64,000 bases of DNA, from NCBI GenBank assembly GCA_039621445.1, contig CP154954.1, forward strand, positions 20,694,642 to 20,758,641, in the 5' to 3' direction. The translations under genes were made by a program, and so were the position numbers. This document shows, piece after piece, positions 47,401-60,400 of this stretch (within the stretch, counting starts at the first letter, position 1; the number at the start of each line of letters is the position of its first letter). The notes beneath the pieces are model-generated. The model worked only from the letters and a program-made list of their open reading frames with translations, made no database searches and had not been told where the DNA came from. This DNA is from Euglena gracilis. Taxonomy: Eukaryota.

Positions 47401-50400
47401 GGGCCACGTTCAACGTGGCCCTCGATTGAAGCCACATCGAGCTTTCCTGCGTTGCCGACAGCTTCCCTTGGTGTTCTGTTCGGCGTTGTGGTTTCTCATG
47501 CTTCAAAATCTGTTGGGGTCCTGCCACGGAAAGTGTCGGGTCCCTGGCAAACTCTCTACTCTTCATTCATAGGATCCAGTCAGGTAGTTTGGGTGTTTGT
47601 AGTTTGTGTGGGGAGGGGGTTGTAATTCGACATTTGTGCATACCTGAAAGGTCCTCCCCAAATCTTTGCCAGGGGCCATTGCGAGAAATATTTGGTGTCT
47701 CAAGGACAAGGGAATTTTGCTGTGTGGCCATTGTGTGAGGTGACGTTTTTTTGGGGGGGGTGCTGTTTTGGATGCCTCACCACTGCTCGTTGTGTCAAGA
47801 CGAATGGTTTTGCTGTTTCATCAGTCATTTCCTGATCCCCACCCTTTCTTTGTGGCTTCAGCATAGGCGGTGGCAAGTACACTCGTTGGCACGTTGGTAC
47901 CCAGGAGTCTGTGACAATAATAACAATCAGTAACATGAGTCATTGTGTTATTGTCACCAGTAAAAGGGGTACTCTGAGAAATCAATTATTGGTGTGTCCC
48001 ATGACTCACACAAAACCTCTGGTTTTATTTCCCGTTCTTCGAACCAGCAACTTTCGGTGTTTGGAAAAGTTATCCGGTTTCTTGCCGCCAATGGTATGGT
48101 CAAGGGAACCTGGCGGTTCCCTTGACCCTGGCAGTGACTTGGAAGGGGGCAAGCCCACAAAAAAATTACCATTAATCTCCCTTTTTTAAGGTGATACTGC
48201 TCAAGGGTCCAAAACATGCTTGTGCTCACCGACCGGGGGGGGGGGTGCTGTAGGGTGCCTGCCCCTAGCAGGCACACCCCCCCGGGGGGGGGGGATAGGG
48301 GTCTGGGGAGGACCCAGCAAATTTTCAAAGGCCATTTTCATTAAAAATGGCCTTTTCTGGGCCCCTGGCGCCAAAGGCGCCGGGGTCGGAGGGGGGTGCC
48401 TGCTATGGGCAGGCACCCCCCCAAAAGCCTACCCCCCCCAGGGGGGGTCGGATCAGGTGCTATGGGGTGCCTGCCCCTAGCACCCCCCCCCCGTGGGGTG
48501 GGCACCCGACTAAGCACAAGCCTGGTCCAAAAGCAATAGCCAAAAAACCTGGCAGGTGGGGGGAAGATGCTTCCGGTAGTTTGGCACCGCACCGAGTTAT
48601 TTGGCGGGGGTTCCGATCCTGCTGGGCCGCCACCACCGCCCTCCTGCACGCACCCACGTCGTCCGCGGCAAGACGTGGCAGTGGGGCGACCAGGACGGGG
48701 GGGTGGGCAACGTCGGCATCGTGACGGAGGTGGACCTGGATGGCCCGGAGAACGTCCGGGTCTGCTGGCCGATTGGACCCGGCCAGCACCCCACGGCAGG
48801 AAGACCGGAAACCTTTCACCGTGCAGGTCGCTTTTGGGTGTGAGCACCTGTGACTCACCCAGGGGTTTTTTTTAGTCGTGGACCCCCGGGGGGGGGGGGG
48901 GGTGGGTCCAGCCGAGCCCCCCCCCAGGGGGGTCCCCCCAGGGGCCAGTGGGATATACTTTTTGTCACTGAAGGCGCTGAGAATTTGAAAAGGGTGCTAT
49001 TTTCGGCATTTTCGGCGATTTTTGGGGGAAAGTGGGTGGGTCCCCCGGGACCAACCCCCGGGGGCGGCCCCCCCAGGTGGTGAGTGGGTGGGGGGACCCC
49101 CCTCACCCCGGTCTTAAAAACCCCTGGACTCGCCCCCAACCCGTATACCTCAGTGGTTCCATATTATACCCCCCTGCAAGCTCTCGGTGACAGAGCTCTC
49201 TGGCTCACCGTGTTTTCAGCTCCGCAGAAAGTGGGTGTGGATTGCACGCTGTAGTCCACTCACTATCCACAACTCCGGCCCCCGCACTACAGGACACAGA
49301 ACGCAACGGTTATGGCAGCCGTGTGCAATGGTCACCCGATGCACAATTCCACGATCTGACGATCTGACATCAGACGATGTGTGACTCTCGCACGTATGCG
49401 CAACCAGAAGCGCACACAAGGGGCGCTGTGAGGAGATCCATTGCACCGATGCGCAACGGCAGCACTTAAAAAAAATTGGACTTTTATTTGTGGGCTGGAA
49501 TGTGCAGGGTTCGATATATGAAGGGTGTATATTGTATGTTGTAAAGGAACTCCCCTCCTGCTGGACTGAAGGGGGACTGACTCCCCCTTCAGTCCAGCAG
49601 GAGGGGAGTCCAATTGAAGAGGGACTGAACCCTCCACCTGCAAAGGAGGGTCCTGACCGACCCCAGGGTCAAGAGGTCATTTTTTTGAAAGTTTATATGC
49701 CAGAAAAATTTTTAACACTAATTTGCCCCAAAAAGTACCATTGTCACTCTCAAAGTTTCATTCTAAGTCAACATGGCTTGCGCATCCACAACAAGTAACA
49801 AATTGATGACGTATAATAGCATGTCAGTTGGTCACACAACTTAGAATTGGCAAAAAAAAACACTGCAGTTGTTGCATATGTGCAACGTTTAATGATGAAG
49901 ATTTGTGCAAATCTGCAGTGGGATGACCTCGTTTTCAAATCTAGTGTTTCGGGTGCATACACACAGGGTGCATATATGTGGCCCCAAACATAAGCGGGGA
50001 GGCAACGAAACAAGTGACAAAAGATGGCTGCTGTGTTTCCTGAGGTTTAACTTGTTTTGGGCGAATGTGGCAGGTCCCCTTGGGCGGTGCTGCTCCCAAC
50101 CGTTTCAACAACGCGAATTATCGGCAGACCGACCTCTGGTATGCTCAGGGACAACGGCCGCGCTCGCAATCCCCTGGCAAAGCCTCAGCACCGTATTCCG
50201 CATCATTTGTTTCGGCGCTTTGTTTCTTTCATTTTCAGCATGGCTTTTTGTTGATTTCGATCTGGAAGGTATGTCCACAGAAGGAATCATCGCACAAATA
50301 TCATTTTTTGTGGGTATATGACGACTTTGGATTAAAAGTGGGGCAAATGGTTTTCTTTGCCATACCACCCCTTTTTAATTGCAAAAATGTGGTGTGCAAG

Positions 50401-50777
50401 GTCGGCACCTAAAGAAAACATCAGTTTTCATTAAGAAGCTGGGCACATAACCCCCCCCCCCCGTTAAGAAAACTAGACCCTGCGTGGACCGGTTGGAGGA
50501 AAATCCAAGGTTAAGAGCCCCTTCGTTTAAGATTCCCCCCTGACGGTGCCACAGTCAATGTTTCTTTCAGAACGGCTTGTCTCCCGGAACCTTGACGTGG
50601 TCACCAGGGAAACCACCCATCTCCTCATCCGGGATGGGGTCTGTGAACGCCTGCTTTTGGTGGCTGAGGCTTGCCCGCGGCCCCAGCGACACCACAATGA
50701 ACCGCACCGGGGCCGACAGTGCGATTGGCCTGGGGGCTCTGGAGCATGGAGTTGGCATGGCTGCAATGGCAATGTGA
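38490..50777 (+). CDS. Gene 2 (multi-exon), paralog of the gene 1 N-terminal part: SPRY-like + SH3-like + MIB/HERC2
   Basis: Candidate ATG at 38490 (MSDPLDRVLKRTL), downstream of a pyrimidine tract + CAG. Exons ~38654-38716, 40040-40167, 41600-41693, 42057-42177, 43214-~43275, ~46530-46625, ~47262-47423, 47866-47898, 48652-48780, 50098-~50170, ~50683-50777. Start and end are uncertain. Confidence 0.65.
38654..43275 (+). CDS. SPRY/B30.2-like domain exons of gene 2
   Basis: WNFRDNLRSVACSHDDASAWC|RTSRDSTTVTRQTFPAGGRHSVRLRIVAADLAGPFAVGAVLD|DHYLGKVALAGSVGLVF...GSTVAMTVAGGLLTITVDGVELPPAAVL|LEGNCRFAVSLCHTGQMVE. Confidence 0.7.
39717..39975. mobile_element. hAT-type MITE
   Basis: caggggttttttt ... 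aaaaaacccctg; perfect TSD gggtggac. Confidence 0.9.
42670..43009. mobile_element. hAT-type MITE (CAYACCRTT family)
   Basis: cataccatt ... aatggtatg; degenerate TSD gtccaggg / gtctagaa; internal gtgactgactggttttt motif. Confidence 0.7.
43105..44053 (+). repeat. Tandem duplication of one SPRY exon with flanking intron sequence
   Basis: ~43105-43445 vs ~43660-44053; both encode LEGNCRFAVSLCHTGQMVE. Confidence 0.9.
46007..46310. mobile_element. hAT-type MITE; inverted copy at 48215-48524
   Basis: caggcttgcgctta / taagcacaagcatg; perfect TSD gacccgaa. Confidence 0.9.
46530..50170 (+). CDS. SH3-like repeat + MIB/HERC2 domain, module 3 (gene 2)
   Basis: GHRVLMRRAETIQGIVVAC; LASKQGTVTRYDATDRMCLVEFSSSESHWVPRATFNVAL|GGGKYTRWHVG|THVVRGKTWQWGDQDGGVGNVGIVTEVDLDGPENVRVCWPIGP|NRFNNANYRQTDLWYAQGQ. 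Confidence 0.85.
46994..47254. mobile_element. hAT-type MITE (CAYACCRTTGCT family, same ends as the intron-forming element at 7721)
   Basis: cataccattgctta / taagcaatggtgtg; TSD gtagctag / gtaggaag (6/8). Confidence 0.8.
48215..48524. mobile_element. hAT-type MITE
   Basis: catgcttgtgctca / taagcacaagcctg; perfect TSD gtccaaaa. Confidence 0.9.
48860..49126. mobile_element. hAT-type MITE
   Basis: caggggtttt ... aaaaacccctg; TSD gactcacc / gactcgcc (7/8). Confidence 0.85.
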
Positions 50778-53700
50778 AATGTACATGCGTCACAACCCCC
50801 CAGGGTCCTCTACCATCTGTCACCTCTGACCTGCCCCCTTTTTTTTGAAGAATTTCCATTTTTTTGTTGAAACTAACACATTTCCAAGTTGAAAAAAAAG
50901 CTTTCCATTTTTATCCAACTTTTAATCGCAAAATTGTAAAAACCCGCATGATTTTTGTGTCCTCCATGGGGTTAGAAAATGTCAAAAAAATTCGCTGAAC
51001 CCTGTAAATTGTTCACTTGTCCCGTCCTTGCTGCATGGGACTTGTCACCTACCTGTGCACTTGCTGACTTATCAGGTGCATTTTCCCGGGGAGGAGGAGT
51101 ACCCCTTGTCCAAGAGACACTGTTTTGTTGACAGCACCCCCTGTCAACGGCTTGCTTCCTAAACACTGAATACCCCCCAAATAATACCCCCCCAAATAAT
51201 ACCCCCCCTCAGGGTCTGACCGGAATGATACCCCCCCCCCTTTGGCCGAAAGCCAAATTTTAACCTCAAAATGTACGTAAGAATCTCTGACAACAAATGA
51301 CGAAAAAAAAATCAATTTTCTGGATCATCTGACCTCATTAAAATGGTAAATTGCGAAAGAAAGTACAAAAAAATGACGCCAAAGGAGGGGTTTGGCGCTA
51401 TTTTGGCTCCTACGGGACTTCGAAAAATTTCGAAAGGTAATACCAGGTTTTGAATAGTGCTGAGCTCTTTATAAGCGCGCCCCCACCCCTGCATTGACCC
51501 CGGCCCGGCGGCCCGGCAGCCTGGCGGCCCGGCTGGCAGCCCGGCGGCCCGGCCTGGGCATGGGAGGGGGTTGAAAAACGCTCATTTTCGCGTTTTTTCG
51601 ACTTTTTTGACCCGGTTTTGACCCAAAGTCAGTAGGTCGGCGGCCCAAAACGGGGCGCTGGCGGGTCGAAAAACGCTCATTTTCGGCTCAAAAACAGTTT
51701 TTCCGGGTCCGGGAGGCCAAAAAACATCGTTTTGGGCAAATTTTTTTTCGATTTTTTTCGACTTTTTTTGACCCGGTTTTGGCGGGTTGGCGGCCCAAAA
51801 CGGGGCGCTGGCGGGTCGAAAAACGCTCATTTTCGGCTCAAAAACAGGTTTTCCGGGTCCGGGAGGCCAAAAAACATCGTTGGGTTTTCGACTTTTTTGG
51901 CCGAAAATGGCTAAGTCGAACAGTGGAAAAAGTGTACAAAACGGCCATCTGCGCCGAAAACGGCCGTATCTCGGGCTAGGCGGGGAGTTGCGGGGAAATC
52001 AAAATACCGGTCGGTAGATGGGACGTTCCAAGGGCTTCAAATTAGGTCTCCGGACATTTCCTTTGATTTTGCTTCATTTTGGAGATATTTTGAAAATTGA
52101 CATTTTTTGGCCGAAATGGCAGAGTCCAAAGGGGGGGGGGCTTAAAAAGGGAGGTTGGCCAATCCTACCCAGTTTAGACCCCTTCGCGCGTGAATAACTC
52201 GCGCCTGGCGGGGAGTTGGGGGTCAAACCCAGGTGATTCGGAAACTAGGAATCCAGTCGCTCGTGACTAAAAAAAAAATTTTGGGAACGGGGCCGGGATC
52301 ATGGTGATAATCCACCGGTTCCCGAGGTGGCCCCGACCCGACTCCCCCCCCCCCCGGGGGGTTCGGGGGGGGGGGTTTCCCCCAGGGGTAAGCTTCGCTC
52401 TTACCCATAAAGGGATAAGAGCTCAGCGACCCCCCCAATAATAGCCCCCCACCCTCGGGCCGGGACTTCATTTCGAAAGGTAATACCCCCCAATAATAGC
52501 CCCCCCCCCCTCGGGCCGGGACTTCAGGCGAAAAAATAATAAGATAATAAGATAAAACAGATTTTACCCCGGGGGTATTATCTGTGGGGGGGTTTACCTG
52601 AGGTGTTTCATGTGTTTGACACACATTGTCGTTGACAGACACCCTGTGTCAACGAAACATGCCTACCTACCTGCCTACCTACCTACCTACCGACCTACTT
52701 ATCAACCTACCTGCCTGCCCTCCAACCTGCATACCTACCTACATAACACCTCCACACATACATCCATACATGCAAACACATATACACACACACAAATAAA
52801 CGTATGCATTCATGTGTGCATGCATGTATTTGCATGCATACATATGTGCATACATCTTTTTATCTGTCTATCTATCTATGTTTCTGTCCGTCCATCCATC
52901 CATTCATGTATCTGACTGTCCATCCATCTTCCTATCTATCTTTCCATCCATACATATCATCATGTTATTATGTTATTATGGTTATGGGGTTATGGGGTAC
53001 AGTTTGATGTGGCAAACAGTTGCTCCTCATCCCCATTGTCAATTGTGCTGCATTCTCTGGAGCTAATCCTCCCTGGGGGTGAGTTCTGGCTGAATTTTTG
53101 TGGGGTGGGGGGATTTCCGCTTCTGTGATGCCGACCTTCGCCAAGGTGTCCGGCCGCTGCTTCCAGCGAAGGCAGAGAAAGGTGCACCATCGCCGGCTAC
53201 CGAATCCGGATCATAACATTGCTTGCCGACTTCTGGGGGTAGGGGGGCTAGTCTTTTTCCACGTTCAAAAACCAGCCAGTCACTTTTCATAAACTAGTCA
53301 CCCATTTCCTACCCCCGAGGGGGGGGGTCGGTCATTTTGGCCACTCGGCCAAAGTTGGCCAAAACTCAAAGGATTTTGGTCAAAAACCCTTTGCCCCCGG
53401 GTGTCCATTTTCGGCCAATCCTGGCCAGCCCTCCCTGGGGGGGGGGGGGCGTCTGGAGCCAAGGACCAGTCAGTCGCTCCAAAAATAATAATAATAAATA
53501 ATCAGTCCTGAAGCTTGCTCATCTTTTTCTGCGCTATTGACCACCAAACCAGCACCAAATGCACTCACAGCAAAGTAACAGGAGGTTGAAAAACATAGGG
53601 ATACTAATATGGGAAATTATGGGCACCGCCGCCTCAGCTTGTTTTCTTCTGCCCAGAGTTTTCAAACGGACTGCAGCCGGAAACCCTGTATCATTGAAAG

Positions 53701-54123
53701 CGTGGCGAGCAAACTGCCCGAAACCGTTGTTTTCAAATGTCATGTGTCTGACGGCTGAGATCACTCATCTATCGTTTACCCTTCTTAGACCGTATATGAT
53801 TTTTTCTTGTCTTTGCTTTATCTTTGATAAAAGAGGTGTCGGAAAGGAGCAGTGTTTTGAGAATCACCGAATTGGGGAAGGAGCAAAGTTTCAGCTTCCT
53901 GTAATTTTTATATGGACAGTATGTGTGCACTGCCCATCAAATTATTCCACACTGCCCTCCAATCAGTATCTCCAATATTTGGATCCTATTGTTATTCTTA
54001 TGGTTAATCATGCCGTTATCCATACACTCCGCCCTGGCAGAGCCTTTTTTTGAGCCTTTTTTTGTTCCCATCCTCAAACCTTTTTGGAATGTTGAAAAAT
54101 TAACACTGCACTTTTTCCAGACT

Positions 54124-54353
54124 CAACACACACACACACACAAACACAACACAACACACAACACACAACACACAACACACAGCACACAACACACAACACA
54201 CAACACACAACACACAACAACACACAACACACAACACACAACACACAACACACAACACACAACACACAACACACAACACACAACACACAAACAACACACA
54301 ACACACAACACACAACACACAACACACAACACACAACACACAACACACAACAC
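54124..54353. repeat. (CACAACA)n heptamer tandem repeat
   Basis: Read directly from the sequence. Confidence 0.95.
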
Positions 54354-54469
54354 AGTGCATTTCCATTTGTTGGAACCTCTGCTGTTAGGAACGAGCAGGC
54401 TCTTCCAAACGTCCAGTGGAGGGGGTGTTGCCCTCAAGCGACACAGATCTGCCCCTCCCGAGAGGGCAG

Positions 54470-57400
54470 CCTGGCGGTGGTTGCGGATGCGGAGAGCGGG
54501 GTGGCCGCGGCTGGGGTCACATCGCCGAGGCAAGATGGTTGCCACGGGGTCCGACCCCCCTGCCTCCCACATGGGGAAAATCTGACCACTTCTTCTGCGC
54601 CGCCGCCCCGCCTGACCCCCGATGCCCCCCCTAAAGGGAAAGGTCCGCCCCCCCCCCCCCCCGGTGATTTAGTACCCGGGGCTCCCCCCCTCCCCCGGCC
54701 GGCCCCAGCCCCAGCCGCGTTGGCAGCCGCCCGGCCCGGCGGCCTCCTCGCGGGGCCGCCGGCGCCGGCCAACGGACGGCCCTCGGCGGCGCTGCGGGTG
54801 GACGGCGGCGGCCCTGGCCCTTTGCTTCAGGCAGCGGGGGAGAGGGACGCCGGGCGGGCCAGCCAGCTCCCAGCGGTCGTCCTTTCCTGTCGGTGGGCAT
54901 GAAGGAGATGCCCCCCCCCCCAGCAGGTCCCCCCAGACAGTTGCCACCCAGGCTTGCTCCGGGTGACAAACTTCCCGGGTAGTTGTGCTGTTTCAACCTG
55001 TAAAGCCTCGGGAGTTTCAGCTTAGTTTTGGTGGAGTGGGAAAAAAGGAGGTGACTCCTGGTGGAAACTAAAAAAGCGTTGACAATTTGAGAAGAACTGT
55101 TGTGTGCTGAAGAAAGAAAGAGAAAGACAAAGGCCGTTGTTGTTTTGACTCCTCTCGCCACTTTTCGCGGGGACCTCTTTGGTAAAGTCAAAGGCTTGCT
55201 GTGAACCTGTTTTTACTTTTAAGAAATGCCAAGGTTGTGTGTGTGTGTGCACATTTATCGTTCGAGTTCTATATCAGTAAAAGCCCGCCAGGGGGGATGC
55301 GAGGTGGGGGCTGCCACACAGCTGGCATCTTCGCGCATATACGCATGGCTATGGCTCTGGCTATGCTGGGTCCTGTAACGTCTCCGCAAAGGGCCCGCTG
55401 TGCCCGGCTCCCGGCACCGGGGGAGGCCCGCCTCTTGCTGCTGGAGCAGGAGAACCGGGAGCTGAAGGACCTCCTTGCCCAGGCCAACGCCCGCTACACC
55501 CGCGGCGAAGCGTGGGCCACCCCCATGGGGCTGTCTGTCGTGCCCAGGCCTCCGCTGGCAGGGACGCTGGCGCCGATGGTACTCGTCTCAGGGGAAAGAC
55601 CCTATGGACAAAATTTCGTCATAGAGTCTCTCCTTTTTCGACCGAGAGCCACCGTTTGCACAAACAATTATTGGAAAATTGAGTCATGGTTTTAAATCAA
55701 TGTTCACAGCCTTGGCGACATGTATGCCAGGTTCGAAGGCCATGTTGGCCATATTTTCGGGAGTTGAATGGCTGACGCTCTGGAAATAGCTTTCAAACCT
55801 CCGTGGGGGTGTGTCGGGGGTTCCTGTGGCCGTCGTCCGCAGACTCTGTCGCCCAGCTTCAGGCAAAGGACGCGGAGGCGAAGGAGCTCCAAGCAATCAA
55901 TGCAGCGCTGAAATCCGAGGCGCAGTCGCTTCAAGAGGAGGTCAGCCAAAGCTGCCCTTGCACAGCCACCAAGGAAGCCACGCCCTGTTTCCCTTCTCGG
56001 CCGCACCAAAGTGTGGTCATGTACATATGGTGCTTCTTTCCCCGAACCACAGCTCTGCCATTTTGTGACGACAACAGCTGGAACAAAAACGCTGGTCTCG
56101 CCACCCCCTGACTCACTGAAACTCACTCACTGAGTGCCCATCGTTGGGCAGGTCGGTCACTGTTGACCTCCCCACCCTGCCTTTTGTCCTCTGGGCATTC
56201 TGAGGGTGGCGGTTGCCCCCACCCGCCTGTCGCGCGCACTCGCTGGGTCCCAGGACGACCGGGTCGCCCTCCAGGCGGACCTGAACGCGCTGGAACGGCA
56301 GCTGTGGGAGCTCGGCCAGCGGACCCCTCCGGCCCCTCCCCATGCTTGCCCCGGCTGCCTGTGATCGGTCGAGCAGTCTTGTTCGCGCTTCTTCCAGAAC
56401 AGGTCAGCAAACACAGCAGCTGTTCCATTGTCCCATGATCCGCAGGTCCCCCAGAGATTGCTGGTCGTAAAACATAGGAGGGGGCTCCTTTCCTCCCCAA
56501 TAAAAAACTTTTTGGGGGGTCAGGTTGGGCCCAACAGAAGGGGGTCAACTGTGGGGGGGTTGACCCAAAGTCAATGAATGGGTTGGCGGCCCAAAACGGG
56601 GCGCTGGCGGGTCGAAAAACGCTCATTTCCCGCTCAAAAACAGGTTTTCCGGGTCCGACAGGCCCAAAAGCATCGTTTCGGGCAATTCTTTTTCGATTTT
56701 TTCCCGACTTTTTTGACCCGAAAACGACCCAAAGTCAATGGGTTGGCGGCCCAAAACGGGGCGTTCAAGTTGGGTCCAACAGCACTTGACCGGACCAATC
56801 CCCGGGGGGGGGGGGTTGGCGGCTTTGCCGGAGGAGTTCCTGGCGACGCCCCGGTGCCGCCGCCGCCGCCGACGGCCGCCCTCGAGGCGCGGCTGGCGGC
56901 GCTGGCCGCGGAGCGCGACGCGGCGCACGACGCGGCGGCGGCGCTGCAGGCGGAGCGTGAGGAGCTGGCCAGCGCGGTCCGCGTGCTGGAGGGGCAGAGC
57001 GCGACGCTGACCAGTGCCAACGCCCCCAGGCCCCTGGCCGCCCGTCCCTACCCCAGTGAGTTTCCCTTTGTGCTCACTAACCTGTTTAAAGGCCGCACTG
57101 ACCTGCCCTCGTGGGACTTGTGCCCAACCCTTGTACCTGCTGACCTGTCGCCCGGCCCGGCCGGCGGCCGGCGGCCCGGCCCTGCCTGGCCCGGCCCGGC
57201 TGCAGCCTGGGCCGGGGCCGGGGGGTTGAAAAACCTTCATTTTCGGCTCAGAAACACTTTTTCCCGGGTCCGGGAGGCCAAAAAACATCGTTTTGTGCAA
57301 TTTTTTCCCCCGATTTTTCGACTTTTTTGATCCGAAAAAGACCCAAAGTCCATAGGAGTTGGGCCCAAAACGGGGGGGATGGGGGTCAAAAAACGCTAAT

Positions 57401-60400
57401 TTTCGGCCCAAAAACAATTTTTCGGGTCTGGGAGGTCAAAAAAAAAATGGTTTTGGGCAAAAAAAATTTGCGAATTTTTTTTTGACTTTTTGACCCAAAA
57501 ATGGCTAAGTACACCGGAGGTCCTCTTTACTTTTCCTCAACTCCGCAGCGTTTTCGAGATATTTTGAATTTTCGATTTTTTGACCCCCAAAATCACCCTG
57601 CAATTTCCCCGGGGGAAAAAAATGGTAGACAAGTTTTTTTCTTTTGCTCGGGGCATATCTCCGGACTGGCGGGGAGTTGCGGGTAACCTAAGGGTTCTGG
57701 AGAAACTAGAGATCGTCCCCTTACCTATAGGCTATTCACTTTGGGAGCCAGGAAGTCCAATCACATCGATAATCCTCGGGTGTCTGGACCTACCGGGGGG
57801 GGAGGGGGCGGGGGGTCGTCGCCGGGGTGAGCTCAGCGACCAGGGTGTGACGTAGAGCTGAGCTCTTTGGGGATGCCTAAAAAGCGGTGCGGCACCGCTG
57901 GGGCACCGCTTGACACCGCTTGACGACAAACTTTGCTTTTTTTAGGGGAGGCCGTTGCAATATTTTCTTGATGGTGTGCACGATAAGTTGTCAGACGTTA
58001 CAATTTTTTAAGCGTGATTGATCGGGTTGATCAAATAATTTTGTCAGACGTGTATATGTTTCCCACAAAGGAATCACCTGGCCAAAGGTTCCCAGCCAAG
58101 CGGTGTCAAGCGGTGCCCTAGCGGTGCCGCACCGCTTTTTAGGCATCCCCTTTGGGAGACCACCTCGGCCCGGACCGGCCCGGCCCGGCCGGCGGCCCGG
58201 CGGCCCGGCCCGGCCCGGCCAGCGGCCCGGCGGCCCGGCCCAGCCTGGCCGGCGGCCCGGCCCGGCTCGGCCCGGCCCGGCCGGCGACTCGGCCGGCTGT
58301 CCAGCCCGGGCCGGGGACGGGGGGTTGAAAAACGCTTATTTTCGGCTCAAAAACAGTTTTTCCAGGTCCGGGAGGCCAGAAAACACCGTTTTGGGCAATT
58401 TTTTTTCGACTTTTTTGACCTGGGTTTGACCCCGAGGTCCATAGGATTCGGGCCCAAAACGGGGCGCCGGCGGGTCAAAAAAAAAAAACGCTCATTTTTT
58501 GCTCAAAAACACCTTTTCCGGGTCTGGGAGGTCAAAAAAACATGGTTTCAGGCAAAAAAAAATTCAGATTTTTTTCCAACTTTTTTTGGCCGAAAACGGC
58601 GAAGACTGACAGTGGAAAAAGTGTACAAAATGTCCCAAATTGGCCGAAAAACTGCCGTATCTTGGGGAGTTGCGGGGAAATCAAAACACCGGTAGATGGG
58701 GCCTTCCAAGGGCTTCAAATTAGCTCTGCGGATATTTCCTTTGATTTGGCTTCATTTTGGAGATATTTTGAAAACATTGATTTTTTGACCCCCCCACCCC
58801 CCGAAAACGGTCGGACAATGGAAAAAGCAAAACGGCCATCTGGGCCGAAAAACGGCCGTATCTCGGGCTAGGCGGAGAGTTGCGGGAAAATAAAAACACC
58901 GGTAGATGGGGCCTTCCAAGGGCTTCAAATTAGGTCTCCGGACATTTTTTTTCAACTCCCCACCATTTTGGAGATATTTTGCAAAAACTGTTTTTTTGGC
59001 CAGTATTGGCTCCAAATGGCAGAGTCCCCCCCCTGGCGAAACCACAAATCGGCCATAACTCGGCCCAGGCAGGGAGTTGGCCCAAACCGTGCATACCGGT
59101 GGATAGGGCGTCCCAAAATTGTGGAATGAGGTACCCTTTTACTTTTTCTCAACTCCCCAGCGTTTTTCGAGATATTTTGAATTTTTAGATTTTTGACCCC
59201 AAAAATGACCCCTTTTGCCTGTCCAATGAAATTTCTTTGGGAAAAAACCGGTAGACAACTTTTTTGCTCGGGCCATATCTCCGGACTGGCGGGGAGGGCA
59301 AAGTGAGGGCTCTGGAGAAATTAGGCATCCTCTCCTAACCTATAGGCTATACACTTTTCGGGTCTGGAAATCAGGTCACATCGATAATCCGCGGGTGCCA
59401 TTGCCTACTCAGGGGGGGGGGTGCGGGGGGCAGGGGGGGTCAGGGGGGTTTGGGGGAGTGTTAAGCTTCGCTCTTACTCTAAAGAGATAAGAGCTCAGCG
59501 ACCCCCCCAAAATTAGACCCCCCCCCCAAATAAGACCCCCCAAAATAAGGCCTCCCTGGGCCGATCGAGCAAAATAAGACCCCCCAAGAATAGGACCCCC
59601 CTGATGGCGCGAAGTGCCGGGGACGTGACAATTTTCCCTGAAAAATTGCCAAAACAATTTCATTCACAAAAATGATGAATTTTCAAAATTTTCAGATTTT
59701 TCAAGTGCAAAAAACATGGTAAATGTCAACACACGTGGTAAATGTCATTAAATATGTCGCGGACCGTCCATACTATGCAAACCATGCAAACGCGCGCGCG
59801 TGTGTGCTGTGGTGGCACCGCATCGACGTGATTACGTGCCCCCCGTTCTTCGGACGATGGATACTGGGAGCAGGGGAGGGGGGCGATTGAGTTGGAAAGA
59901 AGAGCAACAAAAAAACAGGTTTGGCCTTTTTTGGTTTTTTTATCCTGCCATTTTCATCAACTTCTGAAATGGTTCCGGCTTAAAACGTTTCGCATTTTGG
60001 ACCACATTTTCCCCTGCAATATTTTTGTGATTGCCAAGAAGCCTCAGGCGGACACCGGGTACGTTTGGAATTCGGAAGTGTCCCCAGGGGGCTGCCAGTG
60101 AAGCTGGTGGCGGACATGGAGGCGTTCGCGCGGGAGGTGGAGACCCTGCAGGCAACGGCTCAACAGAACGCGGTGGTGGCGGAGATCCACCGGCGGGAGT
60201 TGCGGATCTCGGAGCTGGAGGACGAGCTCATCCGGCCGTGGCCCTCGCTGGTGCCCCCCCCCTCATCCCCCCCCCCTGGGAAGTTGTCCCCTTGGGGTGT
60301 GTGTTGGCTGACTTGTGACCCGCCCAGACTTGTTCTGGCTGGTTTGTCAGCTAACAGCCTCCTTGGCAGAGCTTGGTTGGCGTGGTTGGTGTGTTGTGGT

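Larger units (their letters stand above)
51459..59600. repeat. Dispersed repeat family (ccggcccgg arrays + aaaacgctcattttcggctcaaaaaca modules) at 51459-52430, 56560-56760, 57150-57840, 58165-59500
   Basis: Multiple near-identical blocks visible by eye. Confidence 0.8.
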
